From Candidatus Avelusimicrobium vaccinum (GTDB lineage Bacteria; Elusimicrobiota; Elusimicrobia; Elusimicrobiales; Elusimicrobiaceae): DNA of 64,000 bases. The DNA lies in assembly GCA_902794895.1 (NCBI GenBank), contig CADBIY010000005.1, forward strand, positions 1 through 64,000, read 5' to 3'. The notes beneath the pieces were generated by a model. The model ran no database searches. It was not told where the DNA came from and was given only the letters and a program-made list of their open reading frames with translations. Each line of letters starts with the position of its first letter. Position 1 is the stretch's first letter. Position numbers and translations under genes: made by a program. Of this stretch, positions 28,846 through 38,254 are shown one piece after another.

Positions 28846-28870
28846 TTGCTCCGGATAGCTGAATGAAACA

Positions 28871-28905
28871 CCCGTCAAGCATAACGCTTGAGGGCGTTTT
28901 CATTT
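28871..28905 (+). terminator. Terminator-like hairpin after the small ORF
   Basis: CCCGTCAAGC-ATAAC-GCTTGAGGG with one mismatch, then CGTTTTCATTTT. Confidence 0.5.
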
Positions 28906-28921
28906 TATACCGATTTCCATC

Positions 28922-28949
28922 AAAAACCCCCGGGGCAAATTCCCGGGGG
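28922..28949 (-). terminator. Terminator hairpin ~140 nt downstream of the pilin-like gene at 29088-29471
   Basis: CCCCCGGG-GCAAATT-CCCGGGGG preceded by AAAAA on the plus strand, giving a U-run on the minus strand. Confidence 0.55.
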
Positions 28950-29087
28950 CTAACTTGAAAGAAAGTTCTAGGGCTTTACGCAAACACCGCTTGTACAACT
29001 CGTATACCCTACCGACACACAAAAATCCGTTTTACTAGAGGCCCCTTTGCAGGCATCCGGTTTCATTCGGTTTTTCCCATACGATTC

Positions 29088-29471
29088 CTAAACTGTAATC
29101 GTATATTTTCCCCCATGACGCACCGCCGTTACATTAACGTCATATTTGTTGCTTTCATCTTTGGTACTATTTAAAGTTACTTCAAAATATTTCGTTCTAA
29201 CACAGTAATCACTCGCCGGAGTGCATGCTTTTTGGTGGGCAAAAGTAGTTTCTAAATCGGTCAACTTAGGTCTCATGACATCTATATGTTCAGCATGATA
29301 CCGTTCTGCTGCTTCCATCAATGTGTGCGCAGCCACCAATCCTTCCGTAAAATTACTACGTTCCGCCGCCTTACGGTAGGATCCGGCCGCAATTCCCATC
29401 AAAATAGCAATAATAACAACTACCGTCATTAATTCGGTAAGAGTAAAACCTTTTTGATTTTTTATATTCAT
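29088..29471 (-). CDS. Prepilin-type N-terminal cleavage/methylation domain protein
   Basis: MNIKNQKG|FTLTELMTVVVIIAILMGIAAGSY. Confidence 0.85.
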   Translation of the reverse strand: MNIKNQKGFTLTELMTVVVIIAILMGIAAGSYRKAAERSNFTEGLVAAHTLMEAAERYHAEHIDVMRPKLTDLETTFAHQKACTPASDYCVRTKYFEVTLNSTKDESNKYDVNVTAVRHGGKYTITV

Positions 29472-29590
29472 AATAACCCCTTGAAAACCAGATATATTTA
29501 TTATAACCTTTTTTCTTTTCCTTGCAAGCCTTTTTAAATTTATTTGAAAAATTTAATAAAAACCGATATACTAACGATAAAGGAGATTAT

Positions 29591-30052
29591 ATGACCAAAT
29601 ACAATGGATTTACTTTAATTGAATTGTTGGCTGTTGTGTTAATTATTGCAATTTTAACTTCTATCGCCATGCCACAATACCGTCGTTCTATCCGCCGGGC
29701 TGAAGCCGTGGAAGCCATGATCAATTTGCGCACTGTTTATGATGCCGCCAAACGCTACAAAGCCGCCACCTCCGCTCCGGCCCTGCAACTGCATGGTTTA
29801 GATGTGGAGTTTTTTGATGTGTCAACGTCAGAGTCTTCTTTTCTCATGAATAAATTTATTTATTCTTTTGAAACAAACGGTATTAAATCCTGCCGGGCCA
29901 ATAACGGTGGTTTTTGTCTGCATTTTTATTACAAACACAATTCCTTCGGAAAAGACGCTTTAATCTGCGAAGTACAGGATGGCAGTAAAACCGGCCAGCA
30001 AATATGCGAATCCTTAAGCGGAAAGACAGAAACTCCTTATCTGATTGAATAA
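29591..30052 (+). CDS. Prepilin-type N-terminal cleavage/methylation domain protein
   Basis: MTKYNG|FTLIELLAVVLIIAILTSIAMPQY, with SD AAAGGAGA before the ATG at 29591. Divergent from the previous pilin-like gene. Confidence 0.85.
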   Translation: MTKYNGFTLIELLAVVLIIAILTSIAMPQYRRSIRRAEAVEAMINLRTVYDAAKRYKAATSAPALQLHGLDVEFFDVSTSESSFLMNKFIYSFETNGIKSCRANNGGFCLHFYYKHNSFGKDALICEVQDGSKTGQQICESLSGKTETPYLIE

Positions 30053-30074
30053 TTTCCCTTGCAAAAGTCTTTCT

Positions 30075-30101
30075 AAAAAACCGCCCTTACAGGCGGTTTT
30101 T
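30075..30101. terminator. Bidirectional terminator between the pilin-like gene and the helicase
   Basis: AAAAAA-CCGCC-CTTACA-GGCGG-TTTTT. Confidence 0.65.
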
Positions 30102-30107
30102 ATTGGA

Positions 30108-31571
30108 TTATTTTCGTTTTTTCTTTCGATAGATTTTAAAGGAAACAGGCCTTTTGAAAGGTCTCTTGGGCAAAGAATTTTTCTTTTTTTTACTTCCAAC
30201 TTTCACCATTTTAAAAGAAGTTTTTTGGGATTTATCCATCACTTTTGCAGGCACGGATGCTTTTTGGAACGCAACCGCTTTGCCAGATTTAGGTTTGACG
30301 GGTAACGGATGTTCTTTTTGGGGTAAAAACACTTCCCCTTCCGCCAGTAATTTTTTGGCCAATGCCGTTGCTTTAGAAGCAGTAGTTTTATGCAGTTTAC
30401 GTGCGGTACGGTGGGAAACATCCCCTTCCTCATGCGCTACGAATTTAGGAGCCGGCAACGGCGCAATCGTTTTTTGAACCGTTTTAACCGGCACCGAAAA
30501 ACGGGCCACCTTACAAATATCTTTCCATTTGTCTTCATCCCCGGCAATAAACGAAATCGCATTTCCGACGGCACCCGCACGGCCTGTACGACCGATCCGG
30601 TGGATATAATCTTCCGGACTTTGCGGCAAATCATAATTAATCACATGCGCAATATGAGGCACATCAATACCGCGTGCGGCTACATCCGTAGCAACCAGAA
30701 TCCGAACGGTTTGGTTTTTAAAAAATTCTAATACTTGCCGACGTCGGTTTTGACGCAAATCGCCATGCAACGCATTGGCTTTTTGACCATATAATTTTAG
30801 TTGTTTGGCTAGCCGCTCGGCCCCATGTTTGGTGCGCGTAAAAATTAAAATAGAACCGCTACGCGTGTTCAGTTCGTGCAGTAATTGCGGTAATTTTTCA
30901 CGAATATCTACATAGACAATTTCTTGTAAGACCAAATCAACCGGGGCTTGCACCGACCCAATTTTTACCCGGACCGGACTGACTAAAAATTCGTTAGCCA
31001 ACGCTACAATTTCCGAAGGTAAAGTGGCGGAAAAAAGTAAGGTTTGAAGCGGTCGGGGCAGTGCCTGTTGAATCCGGCGCATATCTTCAATAAATCCCAT
31101 ATCCAGCATACGGTCCGTTTCATCCAGCACCCAATAATGGGTACGGCGGAAATCGATACTTTTACGCTGCATATGATCAATTACCCGCCCGGGAGTAGCC
31201 ACGATTACACGCGGTTTACTGCGCAAATCGGCATACTGTTTATGGATATTATCCCCCCCGATAATAAGCACGGCAGGCAGAGGTTGCTCTGGATTTTGAA
31301 GTTTGGCAAGTTCTTCAAAAGTTTGTTGGGCCAGTTCCCGCGTTGGGGATAAAATAAGCGCATTTTTTTCCGGTTCTTGTAAAAGCCGTACCACTAACGG
31401 AAGCAAAAACGCCAACGTTTTGCCGGTTCCGGTTTGAGCCGTGGCGAGCACGTCTTTCCCGGCAAGAACGGCAGGGACCGTTTGTATTTGCACAGGCGTC
31501 GGTTCTGTAATTCCCTGTTGGGCCAGCGCGTGTTGTAAAAATTCGGGAAGAAGATGAAAAACCGTTTTCAT
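30108..31571 (-). CDS. DEAD-box ATP-dependent RNA helicase with a basic C-terminal tail
   Basis: Motifs AQTGTGKT, SAT (FSATLP) and HRIGRTGRAG. Motif II reads DETD rather than DEAD. The start is set at MKTVFHLL (SD GGAGGA), which avoids overlap with the upstream gene. Confidence 0.85.
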   Translation of the reverse strand: MKTVFHLLPEFLQHALAQQGITEPTPVQIQTVPAVLAGKDVLATAQTGTGKTLAFLLPLVVRLLQEPEKNALILSPTRELAQQTFEELAKLQNPEQPLPAVLIIGGDNIHKQYADLRSKPRVIVATPGRVIDHMQRKSIDFRRTHYWVLDETDRMLDMGFIEDMRRIQQALPRPLQTLLFSATLPSEIVALANEFLVSPVRVKIGSVQAPVDLVLQEIVYVDIREKLPQLLHELNTRSGSILIFTRTKHGAERLAKQLKLYGQKANALHGDLRQNRRRQVLEFFKNQTVRILVATDVAARGIDVPHIAHVINYDLPQSPEDYIHRIGRTGRAGAVGNAISFIAGDEDKWKDICKVARFSVPVKTVQKTIAPLPAPKFVAHEEGDVSHRTARKLHKTTASKATALAKKLLAEGEVFLPQKEHPLPVKPKSGKAVAFQKASVPAKVMDKSQKTSFKMVKVGSKKKKNSLPKRPFKRPVSFKIYRKKKRK

Positions 31572-31572
31572 A

Positions 31573-33423
31573 TTAGTCCTCCTTCTGTACGGATTCGCAT
31601 AATTCATTTAACCGGATCCACTCATCTTCCGCATCTTTTAATTGAGAAGTTAACAAGGCAAGTTCAATACTGCAATCCGCGGAAAACTGGGTCAGCAGTT
31701 GTTGTTCAAGGGCATTTTTACGGATAGTCATCTTTTCAATATTTTCATCTAATTGACGGATTTCTTTTTTCAAGGGTGCTAATTTGGTTCGCCGTTCAGC
31801 GGCCGCCTTACGTTGCGCTTCTTTAGAAGTTAATTTATCACTGGCCAAATCATTGCGGTCGTTATTTTTGAGTAGTTGGGCCCGGTAATCTTCTAAATCG
31901 CCGGTAAAGGTTTTACAAGTTCCCTGGCGCACAATCCATAACGTATCGCACGTCAGTTCAATCACGTGCAAATCGTGTGTAATGAGTACCACCGCACCTT
32001 CATATTCGTTCAGTGCCTCTAACAAGGCCTGGCGCGATTGTAAATCCAAATGGTTGGTAGGTTCGTCTAAAATAAGCAGATGAGGCGCATCTTTGGTAAT
32101 CAATGCAAGCAGCAGACGTGATTTTTCGCCGCCGGAAAGTTTAGCAATTTCCGTATCACTCTTCTCTTTATTTAAACCAAAAGCACCTAATTGCGCCCGA
32201 ATTTGCGTTTCTGTAGCAAGCGGCATTTGGGAGGAAAGCATTTCATAAGGCGTTTTTTCCACGTCCAATTCTTCCGTTTGATGTTGGGAAAAATAAGCAA
32301 TTTTCATTTTTTTGGCAAGTGTCATTTTTCCGCTCATTAACAGTAAGCGGTGCGAAAGAATTTTGGCAAGCGTAGATTTTCCGTTTCCGTTCGCCCCTAA
32401 CAACGCAATCCGGTCATCCGGCTCAATACGTAAATTTAAATGCTCCAACACCGGTTTCTCATCATATCCGGCCACTCCATTTTCCAAGGTCAACAGAGAA
32501 TTTTGCAACCGCTCCGGCGAGGGAAATTTAAAATGGGATTCCGGATCTTTCGGAATCTGCGGAGCCGACCCCAATTTTTCAATCATTTTAATACGGCTTT
32601 GTGCCTGTTTGGCTTTTGTTGCTTTATAACGGAACCGGTCCACAAACGATTGTAAATGCGCTACCACCCGTTCGTGTTTGGCGGCTGCCAGACGGGCTCC
32701 TTCTATGGCGGCGGCACGAGTGCGTTCATACGTATCATAATTGCCGTTATAAAGTTTAAGTTGGCCTTCTTCCACGTGAATAATTTTATTGCATAAGCGG
32801 TTTAAAATGTGACGGTCGTGGCTGATAATAAAAACTGTTTTCTCCAAACGCACTAAATAATTTTCCAACCACAGGGCCGTTTCTAAATCTAAATGGTTGG
32901 TGGGCTCGTCCAAGAGCAAGCAATTTGACGGTGCATACAACGCGGCGGCTAAATTGGCGCGGACTTGCCAACCACCGGAAAATTCGTGTAAGGGCCGGTG
33001 AAAATCCGCATTTAAAAACCCCAGTCCGCTTAAAATAGCACTGGCACGCGCTTGGGCACTATGAGCCCCCAAAAATTCCATACGGTCAAAAATTTCCGCC
33101 ATACGCTCGCCTGAAATTTGTGGATTCTCCAATTCTTTATTTAGGCGGGTTAATTCTTGATTGGCCGCAAGCACATAATCTAACAATAAAACCGACGGAT
33201 CGCTAATTTCCTGCGCCACCGACGCAATTTGCGTGCCGCGCGAAATGACAATTTTTCCCCCATCCGGCGAAAACTTTCCCTCAATTAACTTAAACAGTGT
33301 ACTTTTGCCACACCCGTTCGGTCCGACAAGGCCGACTTTTTGCCCGTCCTGAATCATCACGGAAGTATCTTCAAAAAGCGTACGCAAGCCGAAATGAAAA
33401 GATAAATCTTGGATGTCTATCAT
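31573..33423 (-). CDS. ABC-F family ATPase (two ABC domains, C-terminal coiled coil)
   Basis: Two Walker A motifs (GPNGCGKST, GANGNGKST), two LSGG signatures, no TM domain, 616 aa. Confidence 0.9.
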   Translation of the reverse strand: MIDIQDLSFHFGLRTLFEDTSVMIQDGQKVGLVGPNGCGKSTLFKLIEGKFSPDGGKIVISRGTQIASVAQEISDPSVLLLDYVLAANQELTRLNKELENPQISGERMAEIFDRMEFLGAHSAQARASAILSGLGFLNADFHRPLHEFSGGWQVRANLAAALYAPSNCLLLDEPTNHLDLETALWLENYLVRLEKTVFIISHDRHILNRLCNKIIHVEEGQLKLYNGNYDTYERTRAAAIEGARLAAAKHERVVAHLQSFVDRFRYKATKAKQAQSRIKMIEKLGSAPQIPKDPESHFKFPSPERLQNSLLTLENGVAGYDEKPVLEHLNLRIEPDDRIALLGANGNGKSTLAKILSHRLLLMSGKMTLAKKMKIAYFSQHQTEELDVEKTPYEMLSSQMPLATETQIRAQLGAFGLNKEKSDTEIAKLSGGEKSRLLLALITKDAPHLLILDEPTNHLDLQSRQALLEALNEYEGAVVLITHDLHVIELTCDTLWIVRQGTCKTFTGDLEDYRAQLLKNNDRNDLASDKLTSKEAQRKAAAERRTKLAPLKKEIRQLDENIEKMTIRKNALEQQLLTQFSADCSIELALLTSQLKDAEDEWIRLNELCESVQKED

Positions 33424-33429
33424 ATTTAT

Positions 33430-33435
33430 ATTTTA
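33430..33435 (-). promoter_or_regulatory. -10 TAAAAT, 6 nt upstream of the ABC-F ATG at 33423 (leaderless candidate)
   Basis: Minus strand TAAAAT-ATAAAT-ATGATAGAC; no SD. Confidence 0.4.
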
Positions 33436-33542
33436 CTAAATAAGGGCTTTCTCAAAAAATATAAAAGCCCTCCTCCGCAGGGTGCGTGATTTTGATATCT
33501 CCCCGGGAATAACTCCGAAAAAACGAAAAAATGATTGGCTGA

Positions 33543-35384
33543 TTATTGTCCGCCGGAAAGTTTACGCCGGGTTTCTTCCTGCAAGGCTTGTAGTTGACGG
33601 CGCTTTTCGGGCTCAGACAAGTTCGATTCCTCAATCGCGCTTGCCTTATCAAACATATCCTGCAACACCGGCCGGGCCATCTGTTCAAAAGCAGCCCGTT
33701 GCTCGGCAGAGGCTTGCTGCATGCCGGGATCTTGCATAATATGGTCAATGGTAGTATCTACCCGCATTTGACGCATTTGCGGAGTTTTTTTGAGACGGGC
33801 CAATTCTTGGTTAGCCCGTTGGCTGGCCTGAGCCAGTGCACGGTCTTTTTCTTCCTGGGAGGTTTCCGGATCTGAAATAATTTGTTGAACTGCCGGCGTG
33901 TACCAATCGTAAACAGATTGAAGCATTTCCGCACCGCGCGGACCGTAGGAAGCCAAATCATTCTGCTGCATTTGTTGATTCATCTGCTCCACGGAATGCA
34001 TATACTGACTTTGCTGTTTTTCACTCATGCGGTATACTTGCGGAAGTTTTTTCCCTTCCTGTTCATCAGCGGCTTGCTGGTCCAACTCGGCTTGCTTCTG
34101 TTTATTTTTAATCTTATACAATTGCGTGGGAGAATATCCTTGCGACGTAAGCAAATTCTGTTCTTGTTGCCATAATTGTTGTTCAATCGCCAAATGTTTA
34201 GCATAGGCATCTTCTGTCGTCAGCCCTGTTTCCTGTGCTAATTGCATTTTTTGTTCTAATGCTTGCTGGCGCAATTCAGCCATTTGACCAGAAATATCAC
34301 TGCCATACGTTTGTTCCACTTGCGCCAAATACGCCTGGTCTTTTGCGAGCGTTTCCTGTTTGAATTTTTCCAACCCGTATTTATCACTCATGTTATCCAA
34401 TTTTTTGTTATATTTGTGGCTAATAGCACGGGCTTGTTTGGCAATTTCTTCGGGATTTTTCCCTGCCGCATTATTTAATAAAGATCCTAATTCTTTTTGA
34501 TACGCATTCATGATCTGCCCGGCTTCCTTGGCGGCGCCCCCCCCATAAGCATTCCCCATGCTTTTGACTATATTTGCTTTTTGGGAAGAAACTTGATTGA
34601 GTACGCCAGCAAAAGGACCTGCCGCTGCTTCTGCCGATGCGGAGTCTTCCCCGCTACGGTTCCGTTGTAAATATTTTTCAATATTGGCATCCTTTTTACT
34701 TTTGGGAAGCATGGCTTGCATAATCGCACGTTCCACCCGATCAGATAACCCGGTAAGCGATTTATTTAAAGCGGCGGCCTGTTCCTGGGTAAGTCCGCGC
34801 AAAAAAGGAGACATAGATTTGTGAACATATTCATTCGAGTCCGAAGAATCCCGCGTCAACGAGGCCTCCGGGCTACTTAAATTAGGAGCACTGACCGCTT
34901 GATAAGAGCCACTCCCCGGAGAGGTAACCGGAGTTCCCCCATCCAACTGATAAGGAGAAAGCGAACGGTCCGCCTGCGCATACACATTACCCGAGCGTGC
35001 AGTTTTAGCGCCGGGAACCTCTAAAGAAGAAAAACCGGAGGGAGTTTTTCCTCTATTACCCGGATATTTTACATTACCGCCAGACGCACGGACCTCCGCC
35101 CGACCCGGAATATCCTCTTGCGCCTCCAACGGTATTCCTAATATTTCTTGCGACTTTAAAGATGCTAATCGGTGTTGTCTTTCTACTTTTGGAAATGAAG
35201 GATTTGAAGGCCCTTGTCCAGGAACGGCATAGGAAGCGGACGTTTCTGTATTTGCAGTATCATGTACACGCCAAAAAGCCACCCCTATTGCTAACAATAG
35301 GACTATAATCACTCCCAATAAAACAGTTTTATTCCTCTCCATAAACAATTTATTTAGTTTCTGCCGAGGTTTATTCAGCGACAC
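33543..35384 (-). CDS. Membrane-anchored Q/E/A-rich coiled-coil hypothetical protein
   Basis: 613-aa ORF with one N-terminal TM helix (TVLLGVIIVLLLAIGVAFW) and a long Q-rich helical region. The start is uncertain: GTG at 35384 or ATG at 35342. No family recognised. Confidence 0.6.
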   Translation of the reverse strand: MSLNKPRQKLNKLFMERNKTVLLGVIIVLLLAIGVAFWRVHDTANTETSASYAVPGQGPSNPSFPKVERQHRLASLKSQEILGIPLEAQEDIPGRAEVRASGGNVKYPGNRGKTPSGFSSLEVPGAKTARSGNVYAQADRSLSPYQLDGGTPVTSPGSGSYQAVSAPNLSSPEASLTRDSSDSNEYVHKSMSPFLRGLTQEQAAALNKSLTGLSDRVERAIMQAMLPKSKKDANIEKYLQRNRSGEDSASAEAAAGPFAGVLNQVSSQKANIVKSMGNAYGGGAAKEAGQIMNAYQKELGSLLNNAAGKNPEEIAKQARAISHKYNKKLDNMSDKYGLEKFKQETLAKDQAYLAQVEQTYGSDISGQMAELRQQALEQKMQLAQETGLTTEDAYAKHLAIEQQLWQQEQNLLTSQGYSPTQLYKIKNKQKQAELDQQAADEQEGKKLPQVYRMSEKQQSQYMHSVEQMNQQMQQNDLASYGPRGAEMLQSVYDWYTPAVQQIISDPETSQEEKDRALAQASQRANQELARLKKTPQMRQMRVDTTIDHIMQDPGMQQASAEQRAAFEQMARPVLQDMFDKASAIEESNLSEPEKRRQLQALQEETRRKLSGGQ

Positions 35385-36420
35385 CTAAGGCCGATATTTT
35401 TTTCTCTAATTCGTCATTTAATGCCACCTGCAACGCCGTAACTTGTTGCCGGTAATCATTTCCTAATTCATCCAATTTGGCTGATTTTTCACTTAAACGT
35501 CCTTCTGTTTTCAACACGGCATCTACGCCTGATAAATAAGGTTCAAAAAGTTCCCGTGATTTTAATACCGCTTGTTTACCGTATAATTTTTCAAGTTGTT
35601 GTTCCACCGCATGATGCCCTTCAATTAATTTAGCACGCAACGTAGCAATATCCTGTTCAGTTAAAGACACCTTCGGATCGCCATATTTTTTAATCGTTTC
35701 ACGCAAGGATTCATCCGCTTCCCGGCCCGTTTTTTCCAGGGCTTGCTGTAGTTCTTCCGGTTGCTTAATAGAAGACAAAGCCAACCAGTAATCATCCCCG
35801 GCTTTGGCAAGTACCGGCCGTGCTTTTTGAGCGCACAAATTTCCAAAAGAGTCTTCCAGTTGTGTTAAGAAATCTTCCCCGGAAATCTGTAATTCTTCGT
35901 GAGCCGCCCGGCTTTGTTCCGCTGTCGGCACTGTCCAAGTTTCTTGTTGGACATTTTCCGCCAATGTATTTAATGCTTGCCGGTATTGGTCAGCAAATTG
36001 TTTTAATTGAACCGCCAAATTCTGCGGCGAATCCGCCGATTCCGCAGCGGATATGACTTCATCTCGAATTTCATCCAAACGCTTTGCCGTATTTGTTGCC
36101 GCTTGCTTGGCTGCCACCGCACGCACACTTTCCGTTAATTGACGCTGATGTTCTTTGAGAAAAGTGGAAATATCCGTTTCCGGCATTTTAGAAATATAAG
36201 ATTCCAATTGTTCACTGTGAAGCAACGGCCCGTTTACAATAGATTTGCCTCGGGATTGCACCTGGGCCCGGAGTTCTTGCGCTTTAGGCACATAACGTTT
36301 TAAATTTTCCGAGCGGGAAGAACGCCGTTTCGGATGGATATCCTCTTCAGCGGGAGTACAGGCCACCATACCAAGGGTTAAAGTAGCAATAACCAACACA
36401 TAAAATTGAGGTGTTTTCAT
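35371..36420 (-). CDS. Coiled-coil lipoprotein, hypothetical
   Basis: Lipobox TLGMVAC after MKTPQFYVLVIATL (start set at 36420). The rest is predicted helical and E/Q/L-rich. Confidence 0.6.
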   Translation of the reverse strand: MKTPQFYVLVIATLTLGMVACTPAEEDIHPKRRSSRSENLKRYVPKAQELRAQVQSRGKSIVNGPLLHSEQLESYISKMPETDISTFLKEHQRQLTESVRAVAAKQAATNTAKRLDEIRDEVISAAESADSPQNLAVQLKQFADQYRQALNTLAENVQQETWTVPTAEQSRAAHEELQISGEDFLTQLEDSFGNLCAQKARPVLAKAGDDYWLALSSIKQPEELQQALEKTGREADESLRETIKKYGDPKVSLTEQDIATLRAKLIEGHHAVEQQLEKLYGKQAVLKSRELFEPYLSGVDAVLKTEGRLSEKSAKLDELGNDYRQQVTALQVALNDELEKKISALGVAE

Positions 36421-36505
36421 GATTTTATTATACCCAAATAATCCTAGTTTGTCATTATAGACTGTTTCATCAAAAAGCCCTGCACAGGCAGGGCTTTCAT
36501 TCAAA

Positions 36506-38254
36506 TTACTTCTTTATAATTGCAATACCCAATTCTTCCAATTGGCTGGCATCTACCGTATTAGGCGATTCCGTCAACGGACAGGCCGCTTGCGCTGTTT
36601 TGGGAAACGCAATTACTTCGCGAATAGATTCTTCGCCGGCTAATAGTGCCGTGATACGGTCCAGCCCTAAACCAATACCGCCATGTGGCGGCGCGCCGGC
36701 TTCCAGGGCGTTTAACAACATACCAAAGCGAATGGCCGCATCTTCTTTGGAATGTTTCATTAAGGCTAAAATGCGTTCTTGTACGTCGCGGCGGCAGTTG
36801 CGCACCGAACCAGAGGCCAGTTCGTTGCCGTTTAATACCAGGTCAAATTGGTACGAGCGTACAGATCCGGGATCTTGTTCCAATTTCGGCAAATCCTCTT
36901 CCACCGCGGCAGTAAACGGGTTATGAGCCGCATCCCAGCGGTCTTCTTCCGGAATATATTCCAGTAGCGGAAAGTTGGTAATCCACGCAAAAGCCCAATC
37001 CGTAAGTTTGGGTAAGTTTTTTACGAGTTCTTTGCGAATTGCTCCCATAAAAGATTGGCAGGTGCGAACGTTTACATCACTCCCTACTAAAATTGCATCT
37101 CCGGGTTTTGCTTCCACAGCCGCTTGCAACGCAGCCAATTCCCCAGGCGTAAAGAATTTTGCCGCTGGTCCTTCCACCGTCCCCTCTTTTACTTTTAACC
37201 ATACCAGCCCTTTGGCCCCGTTTTTCTTGGCGAGTTCAGTCAGTTTATCAAAATGTCCGCGGGACTCTCCGGCTTGATTTTCCGCACGCACCGCATAAAT
37301 GGCTCCGTTGGCACTCAGTACGTCTTGGAACACTTTAAAACCGGTGTGATCAAACAACGAACTGACATTTTTAATTTGCAAATGATAACGTAAATCCGGC
37401 TTATCACTACCGTATTGATCCATGGCTTGAGCAAACGGTAATTTTAAGAATGGAGTTTTTAATTCTTTTCCGGCTGTCTTGAAAATCTCTTTCATCAACC
37501 CTTCCACAATTTCGTGGATATCATCAATGGTTACAAAAGACATTTCCATATCAATCTGCGTATGTTCCGGCTGACGGTCCGCGCGCAAATCTTCGTCACG
37601 GAAACAGCGGGCTAATTGAAAGTAGCGGTCAATTCCGCTGGCCATTAAAGTTTGTTTGAACATCTGTGGGCTTTGCGGCAACGCGTAAAATTCTCCCGGA
37701 TGTACCCGCGACGGCACCAAATAATCGCGCGCACCTTCCGGCGTGGAACGCGTTAAGACCGGGGTTTCCACTTCAATAAAACCTTGTCCGTCCAAATAAC
37801 GGCGAGCCGCCTGGGCAATCCGGTGGCGCAATAATAAATTGGCAAACATTTTTGGATTCCGTAAATCAATATAGCGGTATTTTAAGCGGATTTCTTCGGA
37901 AGCATTGCGGGAATTTTCCACATCAAATGGAAGGGCGATAGAAGTATTCAGCACTTTTAAATCTTCCGCCACCACTTCAATTTCTCCCGTTTTCATATGT
38001 GGATTTACAGCCCCTTCAATACGGCGTTTAACTGTACCGGTCACTTCAATTACATATTCATTACGAAGGCCATAGGCAATATCGAAAAACGGGCTGGAAG
38101 GCTCTACCACCACCTGGCATAAGCCGGAGCGGTCGCGCACGTCAATAAATAGTACTCCCCCATGGTTACGGTAGCTGTTTACCCAGCCGCACAAAGTTTG
38201 TTTCGTTCCTACAAGAGCTGCGGTAATATCGCCGCAATAATTGGTTCGTTTCAT
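36506..38254 (-). CDS. aspS: Aspartate--tRNA ligase
   Basis: Class IIb motifs (FRDEDLRADRQPEHTQID, GGIGLGLDR). The start is set at MKRTNYCG, overlapping the hisS stop (ATGA). Confidence 0.95.
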   Translation of the reverse strand: MKRTNYCGDITAALVGTKQTLCGWVNSYRNHGGVLFIDVRDRSGLCQVVVEPSSPFFDIAYGLRNEYVIEVTGTVKRRIEGAVNPHMKTGEIEVVAEDLKVLNTSIALPFDVENSRNASEEIRLKYRYIDLRNPKMFANLLLRHRIAQAARRYLDGQGFIEVETPVLTRSTPEGARDYLVPSRVHPGEFYALPQSPQMFKQTLMASGIDRYFQLARCFRDEDLRADRQPEHTQIDMEMSFVTIDDIHEIVEGLMKEIFKTAGKELKTPFLKLPFAQAMDQYGSDKPDLRYHLQIKNVSSLFDHTGFKVFQDVLSANGAIYAVRAENQAGESRGHFDKLTELAKKNGAKGLVWLKVKEGTVEGPAAKFFTPGELAALQAAVEAKPGDAILVGSDVNVRTCQSFMGAIRKELVKNLPKLTDWAFAWITNFPLLEYIPEEDRWDAAHNPFTAAVEEDLPKLEQDPGSVRSYQFDLVLNGNELASGSVRNCRRDVQERILALMKHSKEDAAIRFGMLLNALEAGAPPHGGIGLGLDRITALLAGEESIREVIAFPKTAQAACPLTESPNTVDASQLEELGIAIIKK

